From a virus: a stretch of 55,793 nucleotides of DNA. Every line of letters begins with the position of its first letter. Position 1 is the stretch's first letter. The notes beneath the pieces were generated by a model. The model ran no database searches. It was not told the DNA's origin and worked only from the letters and a program-made list of their open reading frames with translations. The stretch spans positions 1-55,793 of IMG/VR virus record IMGVR_UViG_3300036827_000017; one strand, written 5' to 3'. This document shows, one piece after another, positions 1 to 7,845 of the stretch. The translations under genes and the position numbers were made by a program.

Positions 1-127
1 ACTTTCGGCTTACGAATGCGTGGGGACCGAAGTTGCTCCCGTGTCCGAATACATCGGAGCCGTGCGCCAGCATGATCTTGTCGGGCACCGCTGCGAAGGC
101 ATCCTCGACCATTACATCCCAACCCTT
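1..127. repeat. terminal direct repeat, copy 1 (identical to 55667..55793)
   Basis: read directly: bases 1-127 are the same string as the last 127 bases; unit length 55,666 bp. Confidence 0.95.
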
Positions 128-397
128 GCTGACCCAAACGGTATCGTCATTGTTTTGGCAAACGATGTCGCCTTTACAGTAGTCGAAGCATATATTCCAG
201 TAACGAGTAATCTGACGCAGGCGTGGACCTATTAAAATAATATCAGCGAACGGCTTGGCAGCCTCGGCACTTGCCTCATCGTCCTCGTCGAATCTTGCCA
301 CAATCTCGATGGGATTGTTCGCAGTCTCACGCACAGAATCGACCATGCGAGCGAAAATTTCCGGACGTTTGCGGGACGGGAGAAGTAGGGAGATCAT
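1..397 (-). CDS. GT-A (family-2-like) glycosyltransferase with C-terminal Zn ribbon, 5' part; continues 55666->55245 (272 aa in total)
   Basis: ATG 397 overlaps stop of 394..1404 (ATGA); N-term ISLLLPSRKRPE beta1-type motif, NNDDT DxD-like; frame is continuous with ORF 55245..55778 through the repeat. Confidence 0.75.
   Translation of the reverse strand, partial: MISLLLPSRKRPEIFARMVDSVRETANNPIEIVARFDEDDEASAEAAKPFADIILIGPRLRQITRYWNICFDYCKGDIVCQNNDDTVWVSKGWDVMVEDAFAAVPDKIMLAHGSDVFGHGSNFGPHAFVSRK
230..242 (+). repeat. 13-bp dyad box TATTAAAATAATA
   Basis: exact; on the coding (-) strand ATT ATT TTA ATA = IILI, aa 53-56 of the junction-spanning GT. Confidence 0.9.
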
Positions 398-1404
398 CGC
401 CAATGCCCCTGGTGAAACACGGCCATCGCGCGCACCGCAGCCTCTTCGTAAGTCGGACGCACCGCCTCAACCGAGAATGACGCCTTGCCAATCTCGCGGC
501 TGCGAACGCTGCATCTTTGTGCAAACTCCATGTCCACAAAGCATTGCTTAATGAATCGACATACAGTTTCAAAGTTATCTGTGCATATGCCATTCAAGTT
601 GATGTAATCCTTATATGAAAGTCCTTCCTCGTCCCGCGCCACCACGGGCATTCCTGCGGCAACCGCTTCGGTAAACGAAGTACACAGCGGGCGCGCTCCG
701 CTGCGGTCAAGGTTCACAAACACACGATACTCGCTGCACATCTCGGCCATTTGCTTCGAGGTCTTGAAGTCTAGTGCGCCGTCGTGGTGGTGCATCTTCC
801 CCGGAAACCGTTCGCAGAGTTTTTCCCATATATCCACTCCGCATACCGTCTTGTCGGCAGGGCGCCAGATGTCCTTGCCCGCCAAAACGAATAGTGCTTC
901 CTCGCGCACTCCCGTCCACGGTCGCTCGAACCACCAGTCACCTACTGGCACAGCAGCAGTGTTCACATCGGGCAACGCAGTACGCCACGCATTCAAGTGC
1001 GAAGGCATCCCGAGCAGGACTGGGAAGTTTTCTATTTTCTTGAGGTAGTGATGGGGAAGGTAGGCCGGAGAGTCGTACCAGCAGACGAACACGATGATGG
1101 GACACTCGATGCGGGTACAGTGCTCGCGCCACGATGCAGCGTAGTTGAATGTTTCGACCGATTCGATCAGCAGATCGAACTTCGAGAAGTCGCATTCGCT
1201 GTAGGGCTTTTCCTCGAAATGAATGTCGAGGCCGAGTTCCTTCCACTCCGCGATGCGTCCGTTAGCCTTGGCGAGCGGCAGGATGCGCTTGTCCCATTTG
1301 TAGAGATCGTCGCAGGGCGGGCCGATGACGGTGAGGCCGGGAAAGATTGCAGCCATCTTTTCTACCAGTGCTCCGACTGTCGGGTACAAAAGAGCTGCCT
1401 TCAT
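394..1404 (-). CDS. GT-B (family-4-like) glycosyltransferase
   Basis: 336-aa ORF; C-terminal TSFTEAVAAGMPVVARDEEGL resembles the EX7E region of GT4 enzymes. Confidence 0.7.
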   Translation of the reverse strand: MKAALLYPTVGALVEKMAAIFPGLTVIGPPCDDLYKWDKRILPLAKANGRIAEWKELGLDIHFEEKPYSECDFSKFDLLIESVETFNYAASWREHCTRIECPIIVFVCWYDSPAYLPHHYLKKIENFPVLLGMPSHLNAWRTALPDVNTAAVPVGDWWFERPWTGVREEALFVLAGKDIWRPADKTVCGVDIWEKLCERFPGKMHHHDGALDFKTSKQMAEMCSEYRVFVNLDRSGARPLCTSFTEAVAAGMPVVARDEEGLSYKDYINLNGICTDNFETVCRFIKQCFVDMEFAQRCSVRSREIGKASFSVEAVRPTYEEAAVRAMAVFHQGHWR

Positions 1405-1550
1405 TGTGCGATTTTCTCAAATGTTCGCTTGACTGCCGGAACAGTTAGTTTGCTGATGCAAACCCCGCACAACTGAACGCCTCGGGCACGGATTACGCCT
1501 GCGTGCTCACGACAGTTGGAACAGGTTCCGATAAATGTCCGCTTGCTCAT
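1401..1550 (-). CDS. small Zn-ribbon protein (49 aa)
   Basis: start moved to ATG 1550 (ATGA overlap with stop of 1547..2287); CSNC...CGVC. Confidence 0.5.
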   Translation of the reverse strand: MSKRTFIGTCSNCREHAGVIRARGVQLCGVCISKLTVPAVKRTFEKIAQ

Positions 1551-2287
1551 GTTGTCACCTCGGGTAGTTGAAACTGGGCGAGTCCCCAATTCTCATCGTT
1601 CTTCATTCCGATAAACTTGGGCATGTCGCTGGAATGGATTCCGGTTCGCACCTTGTGCTCGCTGCGGTCGTGCTCTTGGTGGATGATCGGAATCGGTAGC
1701 TTCACATCATTAAGACCCGCTTTGTCCGCGTTCCAAAATAGCAGCGAATCAATGTGCGTGTAGCTCACCAGATCGAAATATCCTCGAAGTTGATGCCAGC
1801 GATTCGCGTGCATGAGTACAAAGTCTCCGGGTCCATCACAGACTTGTACCAGTCGTTCACCGTCCATGTCGTACCGTAGTGCCCGATAAAAACAGTTGTG
1901 ATCAAGCGGACCATTCATAAGACGTTGCCGCATTTCTTCGCTCAAGATGATGTCCGAGTTCAAGCATAGAATTAAATTCCCTGTCGCCCTGCGAATCCCC
2001 ACGTTCTTTGCGCGATACTCGAATACTGGGAATAATTCGTGGCCGGGTAGCGAGCGGTGAACTTCCGGGTACACGGTAATAACGCGCACGCCGCGATGTC
2101 GAATCTCGGTGTTGATGCGCGGGCGGTCGCCGAGCGGATTCCACTCGACGAAGATCACTTCGGCACCGAGCGGCATGATGCTTTCCAGAGAGCGGTTCAG
2201 GCGACCTACGAAGTCGCCGCCGTAGGTGTCATTGCGGCCTATTAAAATAATAGAGAGTCTCAACGGGCAAACTTTCGTTTGGCCCAC
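1547..2287 (-). CDS. GT-A (family-2-like) glycosyltransferase
   Basis: LSIILIGRNDTYGG, VEWNP, LNSDIIL blocks; start is either ATG 2287 or TTG 2263 (TTGA overlap with upstream stop). Confidence 0.65.
   Translation of the reverse strand: MGQTKVCPLRLSIILIGRNDTYGGDFVGRLNRSLESIMPLGAEVIFVEWNPLGDRPRINTEIRHRGVRVITVYPEVHRSLPGHELFPVFEYRAKNVGIRRATGNLILCLNSDIILSEEMRQRLMNGPLDHNCFYRALRYDMDGERLVQVCDGPGDFVLMHANRWHQLRGYFDLVSYTHIDSLLFWNADKAGLNDVKLPIPIIHQEHDRSEHKVRTGIHSSDMPKFIGMKNDENWGLAQFQLPEVTT
2240..2252 (+). repeat. 13-bp dyad box
   Basis: exact; encodes SIILIG at the N-terminus of GT 1547..2287, 8-20 nt past the upstream stop. Confidence 0.9.
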
Positions 2288-2700
2288 CTACCGCGATAAT
2301 TAGGATTTTGTGGCCAAAGTCTAGCAAGATGCCATCTACGAAGGGATACTTGGCAAACATCGAATTTTTTAGCCCAGTCCTGTAAAATTAGACTTTCATT
2401 CCCGATGGTGATCCAAATATTTTTCCTCATATGACGGTTCTGTTCCACCGGAGTGCTCCATTTACAGTTCTCAAGTTTATAGCCAAGTTCGTTATGAACG
2501 CGATCTAGTGTCTTTCCCTCTGGCTTATTCCCCATGTCCGCAAGAAAATTCTCGAATTTAAGCCATCGAGTACAAACCGTAATTCCTCTTCCTCCGTAGT
2601 TCTTATACTCGGGATTTCTTGGGTTCAAACACCTCTGCTTCATAGATTTCCAGCAATTGTGCGTTGGACTATAGCTGTACCCGTGCCGATAACCGCTCAT
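2260..2700 (-). CDS. homing-endonuclease-like DNA-binding protein (YGGRGI module), paralogue of 10849..11349
   Basis: WKSMKQRCLNPRNPEYKNYGGRGITVC ... LDRVHNELGYKLENCKWSTPVEQN; tail looks like a degenerate HNH_3/AP2-type motif; family name uncertain. Confidence 0.5.
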   Translation of the reverse strand: MSGYRHGYSYSPTHNCWKSMKQRCLNPRNPEYKNYGGRGITVCTRWLKFENFLADMGNKPEGKTLDRVHNELGYKLENCKWSTPVEQNRHMRKNIWITIGNESLILQDWAKKFDVCQVSLRRWHLARLWPQNPNYRGRWAKRKFAR

Positions 2701-4055
2701 CGGTTCACTGGTCGGAGCGAGATATTCTCAGTAACCCAATCGTGAAGCATGTTCCTAGCTTCATGTAATTCCATTTTCGTCATTGTTGGTATTTCGAGAG
2801 TACAGGTGTCGGGATTTTCTGGGTCTAATTCCCACATATCAGAGAAGTTACTAGCAGTAATTGTAACCCCAAACTTTTCAGGAGTGTTCCATACCTCACA
2901 CCCAGGAAATGGCTGGAAAGTGTGCAAACTCGCAGCGTCGGGCATACAATCTTCAAGCCACACCCGCATCTCCTCGATGGACTCCCAAGTTTCTCCGGGG
3001 AAACCGATTAACAGATAGGCGCGCGCGGATATGCCCGCATCTTGGCAGAGCTTCACCCCTTTGGTATTCGCCTCGGGCGTCGTGCCCTTGTTCATGGCCT
3101 TCAGCATTCGACGCGAGCCGTGCTCCACGCCAAATCCCATTTCGGTGCAGCCTAGGGCAGCGAGGTCTTTGAATAACTGAGGGTCCATCAAGTTCACGCG
3201 ACTCCAGCCGCGCCACAACATTCCGTAGTCGTGGAAGAGTGCCGCAAGTTCTCGGCAACGCTTGGCTTTGATCGTGAGCACATCATCCCAAACGCGGAGC
3301 GCCGTCACTCCGATTTCGGCAAGGGCTTTAACTTCCGCTTCGATTTGGTCGAAGGTTTCTTCACGGAGCTTCGTCCTTGCATCTGCGCAGAACGAGCAGC
3401 CGTAAGGACATCCGCGCGCGGTCCAAAGAGAGCCGATAGTACGTTCAGCGGCATCAATAGAATGTCCATGTACTGAGGCAATTTGTAATCCTCCCTTCGA
3501 GTAATTTCCCCATAGATCGTAAGCCGGAGTTTTCATCTTCGTCACATCCGGCAGTGGTGGCGAAGGAAGGTGCTGCATCCCGAGCGGCCCGAACCAAGCC
3601 ACGCCAGCAACCTTGGTAACATCCTCTCCCCGGTCCCACCGATTGCAAAACTCGACGAACGATTCCTCACACTCCCCCGTCATCAGGAAATCGAAGCCCT
3701 CGAAATACTTCTTCTGCTTAAAATGCGCGTGCGGACCTTCGATGATGTAGGTCACATGCGGCCCTCCGGCTACTTTCACTTTTGCCGGCCACGCCGCGGC
3801 GAGCTGCCCGCCAAACTCCGCGTTGGGGGTGACGATCGACACGCCTAGGATGTCGCAGGGTTCCATGTCCTTGGGTCGGACGAAAAGTTTGTTGGTTTCG
3901 GGATCGAACGTGGAAATTTTGTGGCAGTCGATAATTTTGACTTCGTGGCCCGCTTCGCGCAGGGCAGATGCTAAATAAAGTAGACCGAGGCTCGCGTGCA
4001 AACTCGGGTTGAACAAGGCAAAACTTGGCCCGCCAGCGAGGATCACTTTAGCCAT
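2697..4055 (-). CDS. B12-binding-domain radical SAM enzyme
   Basis: start moved to ATG 4055 (AGGAG 8 nt upstream); MAKVILAGG...HEVKIIDCH N-terminal domain; RGCPYGCSFC = CxxxCxxC cluster. Confidence 0.8.
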   Translation of the reverse strand: MAKVILAGGPSFALFNPSLHASLGLLYLASALREAGHEVKIIDCHKISTFDPETNKLFVRPKDMEPCDILGVSIVTPNAEFGGQLAAAWPAKVKVAGGPHVTYIIEGPHAHFKQKKYFEGFDFLMTGECEESFVEFCNRWDRGEDVTKVAGVAWFGPLGMQHLPSPPLPDVTKMKTPAYDLWGNYSKGGLQIASVHGHSIDAAERTIGSLWTARGCPYGCSFCADARTKLREETFDQIEAEVKALAEIGVTALRVWDDVLTIKAKRCRELAALFHDYGMLWRGWSRVNLMDPQLFKDLAALGCTEMGFGVEHGSRRMLKAMNKGTTPEANTKGVKLCQDAGISARAYLLIGFPGETWESIEEMRVWLEDCMPDAASLHTFQPFPGCEVWNTPEKFGVTITASNFSDMWELDPENPDTCTLEIPTMTKMELHEARNMLHDWVTENISLRPVNR

Positions 4056-4206
4056 TGTGGGACTCCTGAATTGATTTAAAAAGTTTTTCCTCGGCTTCTT
4101 CTTCCTCCTTTTCGATTCTACGAAGCTCAAGAACAAATCTTTCTATATCACGTTGTCGCAGCTTGATTGCTTCTCTTAGAGCCTGCTTTATCGTGTCATT
4201 CATCAT
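4048..4206 (-). CDS. small charged coiled-coil protein (52 aa), not in ORF track
   Basis: own translation MMNDTIKQALREAIKLRQRDIERFVLELRRIEKEEEEAEEKLFKSIQESHNG; its TAA overlaps the start region of the radical SAM gene. Confidence 0.4.
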   Translation of the reverse strand: MMNDTIKQALREAIKLRQRDIERFVLELRRIEKEEEEAEEKLFKSIQESHNG

Positions 4207-4233
4207 GGACAAAATCATTTGTCACCACCAAGT

Positions 4234-5265
4234 TTAGCCAATCCTCTTACACGCTTCTGCCCACAGCCGCATCCGGCGCGCCGTGTTCTTGAAAAACTGT
4301 GCGTCCTGCGATTCGATTAAATCCGCGAGCGACAAATACGCTTCGCCGAACGAACTGCCCGTCAGTTTATGCTCAACCAGTTTCGGAAGCAATTCTTCCA
4401 TGAGCCTGATCCCGAAAATTTCCTTCTCCGCGTCGGCCAGATAGTTATGCGAGTTCCGGCGATGCGTCGCCACGGGAGTTCCGAACCGCGCCGTCAATCC
4501 TAAATGCTTCGCGCACTTCAATGCGAAGTACCCTTGAAAAATATCCCCGTAGCGGTCAATCGGCGCTTCCATGCACACAAAATAATACGCGGCCATCGCG
4601 TCCCGCCGCACCGCCGTATTCTGCGAATTAATCGGGCACCAGGTATCGGGAGCCAGCACCGCGCTGCCCGTACACCGCGCCACCTGTCCGGGCCGCTGTA
4701 GCCACGTCAGAGCATCCACATCTGGAGCGCCCGTCCACATCCCCGCATTGATGACCACTTCCCCATCTTCCGAGTATTGCGTATGAACCTTGAACGATCG
4801 GCGCGCGTAGTACGGAAACCCGCGGGCGAAGATCTCCGGCCCCATGATTTTCAGCAGATTGCAGTTGTTGTACCAGCCATCCTCGGTGCTCACCAGTGGG
4901 TTATGCTTCCCGAGCGCCGCGATATGCGCCCCGATGAAGTCCTCGTTTAGTGGGCAGAAATTGTCATCGTCGATCGACACAATCATCTCGGCGCCTTCGG
5001 CCAGCGCCATCAGGTAGCCGATGTTGCGGCGATTGTCGGAGTTGAGGGGAATTTCTTCGAAGGGGAATCCTAGTTTTTCAAGAAACCTGACCTGCTCTCC
5101 AAGGTCGGGAATAGCGACGCATTTAGGCACCTTAAAGTTCGGCGTCTTCACGTCCGATATTAAAATAATACTGACTTCGCGTCCGTACTTGGCAAGATTG
5201 GCGAGGTACCCCTTCAGCAGTTCCGTGCAGTCGTTGATCGAGGTCAAAACAATCGCGGCCTTCAC
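4234..5265 (-). CDS. GT75 / reversibly-glycosylated-polypeptide-like protein (glycosyltransferase or UDP-arabinopyranose-mutase-like)
   Basis: GTG start; SIDDDNF, RGFPYYARR, GMWTGAPDVDALTW, PINSQNTAVRR blocks recalled from the RGP family. Confidence 0.55.
   Translation of the reverse strand: MKAAIVLTSINDCTELLKGYLANLAKYGREVSIILISDVKTPNFKVPKCVAIPDLGEQVRFLEKLGFPFEEIPLNSDNRRNIGYLMALAEGAEMIVSIDDDNFCPLNEDFIGAHIAALGKHNPLVSTEDGWYNNCNLLKIMGPEIFARGFPYYARRSFKVHTQYSEDGEVVINAGMWTGAPDVDALTWLQRPGQVARCTGSAVLAPDTWCPINSQNTAVRRDAMAAYYFVCMEAPIDRYGDIFQGYFALKCAKHLGLTARFGTPVATHRRNSHNYLADAEKEIFGIRLMEELLPKLVEHKLTGSSFGEAYLSLADLIESQDAQFFKNTARRMRLWAEACKRIG
5158..5170 (+). repeat. 13-bp dyad box
   Basis: exact; encodes IILI, aa 33-36 of 4234..5265. 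Confidence 0.9.
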
Positions 5266-5275
5266 TCCTCACCCC

Positions 5276-5617
5276 TCATTCGACGATCTTCGCTTTCCCT
5301 CCACACATCCCGCAGTAATACCCTTTCTCGGCCCCGTGGATGCAGGTCGGTTTATCACCGTTACCGGCTCTTTTGCCAGCAGGCTCCCGCTTTCTAGTTC
5401 TAGCAGGCTTCCGTCCGCTAACCGCTGGTATCGCCGCACCCCGAGGCACGTCCACTGCTCCACGATCTGTACTTTCTCCATCTTTCCCCTCCAGTACCCT
5501 GTCTCGACACCACTGGCTGATATTCCCACCAGCCTGCGACTGTATCCACTCAAAGTCCGCTTGGCTCACGCTGAACGATAACTGCTTCCGCTCATCAAAC
5601 TGTAGTGGTCTTCCCAT
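5276..5617 (-). CDS. ribbon-helix-helix regulator with C-terminal Cys cluster
   Basis: start taken at ATG 5617 (M13 of track ORF); KQLSFSVSQADFEWIQSQAGGNISQWCRDRVLEG fits beta-alpha-alpha; CIHG...CGMCGG tail; palindrome directly upstream. Confidence 0.6.
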   Translation of the reverse strand: MGRPLQFDERKQLSFSVSQADFEWIQSQAGGNISQWCRDRVLEGKDGESTDRGAVDVPRGAAIPAVSGRKPARTRKREPAGKRAGNGDKPTCIHGAEKGYYCGMCGGKAKIVE

Positions 5618-5620
5618 CGC

Positions 5621-5643
5621 ACAGTAAATACATTTTATACTGT
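5621..5643. promoter_or_regulatory. 23-bp imperfect palindrome ACAGTAAATAC-A-TTTTATACTGT (operator candidate)
   Basis: starts 4 nt upstream of the RHH gene start 5617; a third ACAGTA at 5664..5669 and AGTAAATACATT repeated at 5675..5686. Confidence 0.5.
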
Positions 5644-5857
5644 TTAATGTCAAGTGAATTCGTACAGTATATTTAGTAAATACATTCTCAGTCTACTTGG
5701 GCATGTTTTGCCGCTGATTTCTACAAGGGTCTAGTGGAAGCGATCTTCCACGAACCCGCATAAACAGGCCGGGGGCTTGCCAATTCGGTCAAAGGGTACC
5801 CGCGAACGTGGCCGGCAGAGCCGCGGCCAGGTGCTCGCCAATCGCTTGCCGTTCGTG

Positions 5858-5897
5858 CGGCAATCAATCGGCAATTGAACGGCAACGCATCGGCAGG
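5858..5897 (+). repeat. four CGGCA(A/G)(T/C/G) heptads at an exact 11-bp period
   Basis: starts 5858, 5869, 5880, 5891; weaker CGGAC at 5902; inverted CTTGCCG at 5845..5851. Confidence 0.7.
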
Positions 5898-5906
5898 GAA
5901 GCGGAC

Positions 5907-6400
5907 ATGCCCAACAACTAAACCGAATGGTTGTTATCGGACACGAACACGCTAACGTATTGAAGTGTAAAGACTTGCCTGTTTACAGGCCGACTATTAT
6001 GCACTCATGCCCAAGAAACGTAAGTGTATATTGCATAATGGGGAGTATTCGTTACCAGTTCACGTTTACCTTACTCCGCATGGCCTGTTCCGCTTCCGCT
6101 TTAGCCTTGCGCTCAGCTCGCGCTTGCTTCGACAAGGGATGCCATCCGCGCAGCTTGTAGAGCCGCTGTACTGCCTGTCCACCGTGCTTCGCCTGCATCA
6201 TCAATCCCCAGCGTCTACGCTGCGCGAATGACAAACGCGAGAGTATACGCCTGAAGGCACGGTTAGCAGCGATTGGGGGTCTTCCAGTTAGCTTATGCAC
6301 GGGAATGAGGCTATCGCGTGAGGGTATCTGTGTCCAGAAGTCTTTTGGATGCGATTATTTTCAATGATGCCCAACTATTTACTTGACAGGTTATGCCCAA
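5907..6400 (+). repeat. four same-orientation ATGCCCAA(C/G)(A/T)A boxes
   Basis: 5907, 6007 (exactly 100 bp apart), 6367, 6393; the last two flank and enter the TTGACA promoter candidate. Confidence 0.65.
6052..6300 (-). CDS. hypothetical basic protein (82 aa)
   Basis: GTG-start ORF in the control region; competes with + ORF 6007..6231; no motif recognised. Confidence 0.3.
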   Translation of the reverse strand: MHKLTGRPPIAANRAFRRILSRLSFAQRRRWGLMMQAKHGGQAVQRLYKLRGWHPLSKQARAERKAKAEAEQAMRSKVNVNW

Positions 6401-6412
6401 CAAGAGTAAGGT
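6383..6412 (+). promoter_or_regulatory. sigma70-like promoter candidate for the rightward early block
   Basis: TTGACA (6383..6388), 18-bp spacer, TAAGGT (6407..6412); 42 nt before ATG 6454. Confidence 0.35.
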
Positions 6413-6453
6413 GTGATTACTAAAGGATGTAACCAACATCCAAGGGAGAGAGA

Positions 6454-6684
6454 ATGGCACACAAACTACACATCGCATCATTGAATGACGCGCAAGCGGA
6501 ATGTGCTTGTTTGCGTTGGTCGTATGTTCGCACGGGATATGCGACGGTTGAAGAGATACGCGCGGAGTATCAAAAGCATTTGAATGCGGGTCGAAATCGA
6601 GCACGGCGCGAACGGAATCAGGCTATGCGGGATCTCGGTCTAGTGCGTGTTCGTGGCGCGCTAGGCGGGACTTACTGGGAATAG
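6454..6684 (+). CDS. hypothetical protein (76 aa), first gene of rightward early block
   Basis: AGGGAGAGAGA purine tract just before ATG 6454. Confidence 0.6.
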   Translation: MAHKLHIASLNDAQAECACLRWSYVRTGYATVEEIRAEYQKHLNAGRNRARRERNQAMRDLGLVRVRGALGGTYWE

Positions 6685-6695
6685 GTGAATCGACC

Positions 6696-7373
6696 ATGAG
6701 CACACAATCCATGTTCCCGAATCAGCAGCCCGCGAATCAGTCGATGGCGTTCGAGTTCCCGAAACCACTGGCCGAGAAGTATCGACCGTCCACCATTCCC
6801 GAGTTTATCGGGCTCGACAAGGTGAAGAAGATACTCGCGGCATTCGCCACGCGGCCCACTGTTAGCGCATGGGTGTTTGTCGGTCCGCCGGGCACGGGTA
6901 AAACTTCAATGGCGCAAGCATTGTGCGCGGCGATCGCCGGCGAGTTCCACCATATTCCGAGTCAACGATGTACCGCGCAAGCAATAGACGAAGTAACGCG
7001 CATGTGCTGGTACTGTCCGCAAGGTGGCGGTTTCCACGTGGTTTGCGTTGATGAGTTTGACAGAATGACCGATGGAGCGCAGCTCGCGCTATTGTCGAAA
7101 TTGGACAGCACGGCGGCGCCACCGCAAACGATCTGGATCTTCACGGGTAATGGCACCGATGGCATGGAAAAACGATTCCTGTCTAGGTGTCGCGTGCTCG
7201 AATTTTCAAGCTACGGGATGCGCGAAGCACTCGCGGAATTGCTTGCGCGTGTGTGGACGGTCGAAGCGAAGCCAACGTCTGAAGCGCCGGATTTTACCCG
7301 AATCGCCAAAGATGCCACGAACAACGTCAGGACCGCTCTTATGGCCCTAGAATTGGAGCTGCTTGCACAATGA
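6696..7373 (+). CDS. clamp-loader (RFC/DnaX/gp44)-like AAA+ ATPase
   Basis: EKYRP box, GPPGTGKTS Walker A, VVCVDEFD Walker B, SRCRVLEF sensor-1 type motif. Confidence 0.75.
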   Translation: MSTQSMFPNQQPANQSMAFEFPKPLAEKYRPSTIPEFIGLDKVKKILAAFATRPTVSAWVFVGPPGTGKTSMAQALCAAIAGEFHHIPSQRCTAQAIDEVTRMCWYCPQGGGFHVVCVDEFDRMTDGAQLALLSKLDSTAAPPQTIWIFTGNGTDGMEKRFLSRCRVLEFSSYGMREALAELLARVWTVEAKPTSEAPDFTRIAKDATNNVRTALMALELELLAQ

Positions 7374-7657
7374 GCGACATCAAAAAACACGATATTCGGG
7401 ACTCGATTAAGGCTATTGCGCTAGACATCGGAAAAGAAGTAGCCCATCACATTGAAATCATGTATCCCGAGGCGGTTACGGCTACATCTTCGACATTCCT
7501 TTTGTCGGTGAGAAACACAACGTATAACAAGATAATGTTTGCCCTTGATCCAAAAAATGAACACGACGTAGCCGAATCTTTGAAACGTCACGACAAGGAT
7601 CGGCGAGAATTACGCGCTATCTATAAGAGAATCCGCCGAAAGAAGATCGTGCAGTAG
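7370..7657 (+). CDS. hypothetical protein (95 aa)
   Basis: ATGA overlap with upstream stop. Confidence 0.6.
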   Translation: MSDIKKHDIRDSIKAIALDIGKEVAHHIEIMYPEAVTATSSTFLLSVRNTTYNKIMFALDPKNEHDVAESLKRHDKDRRELRAIYKRIRRKKIVQ

Positions 7658-7661
7658 GCAG

Positions 7662-7674
7662 TATTATTTTAATA
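7662..7674 (-). repeat. 13-bp dyad box (plus strand reads TATTATTTTAATA)
   Basis: exact; intergenic, 4 nt after stop 7657, 17 nt before ATG 7692 with GAGGAG between. Confidence 0.9.
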
Positions 7675-7691
7675 ATGAGGAGCGTAAGTCT

Positions 7692-7793
7692 ATGAAACCA
7701 ATAACCAATTTTGAAATCGTTTTCTTCCTTACCGCGACTGCGACATGGACACTGGCTCTCTGCCGCATTTTCGCGCACTTGCTAGGAGCGTAA
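7692..7793 (+). CDS. small hydrophobic protein (33 aa), not in ORF track
   Basis: own translation MKPITNFEIVFFLTATATWTLALCRIFAHLLGA; GAGGAG 9 nt upstream; follows a dyad box. Confidence 0.4.
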   Translation: MKPITNFEIVFFLTATATWTLALCRIFAHLLGA

Positions 7794-7845
7794 CCCGATA
7801 CGCATAAATCGGCCAGTCCGAACCAACGGACATAGGAGAAAGACG

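Noticed and set aside
5621-5670. LexA SOS box
   Set aside because: The E. coli-type box is CTGT-N8-ACAG. Here the halves are ACAG...CTGT, or CTGT-N20-ACAG, so the spacing and order are wrong.
6007-6231. Plus-strand ORF 6007..6231 (MPKKRK...)
   Set aside because: It starts exactly on an ATGCCCAAG box, as do three very short abortive ORFs on the other boxes. The ATG therefore looks like part of a DNA motif rather than a start. The opposite-strand ORF 6052..6300 is only marginally better.
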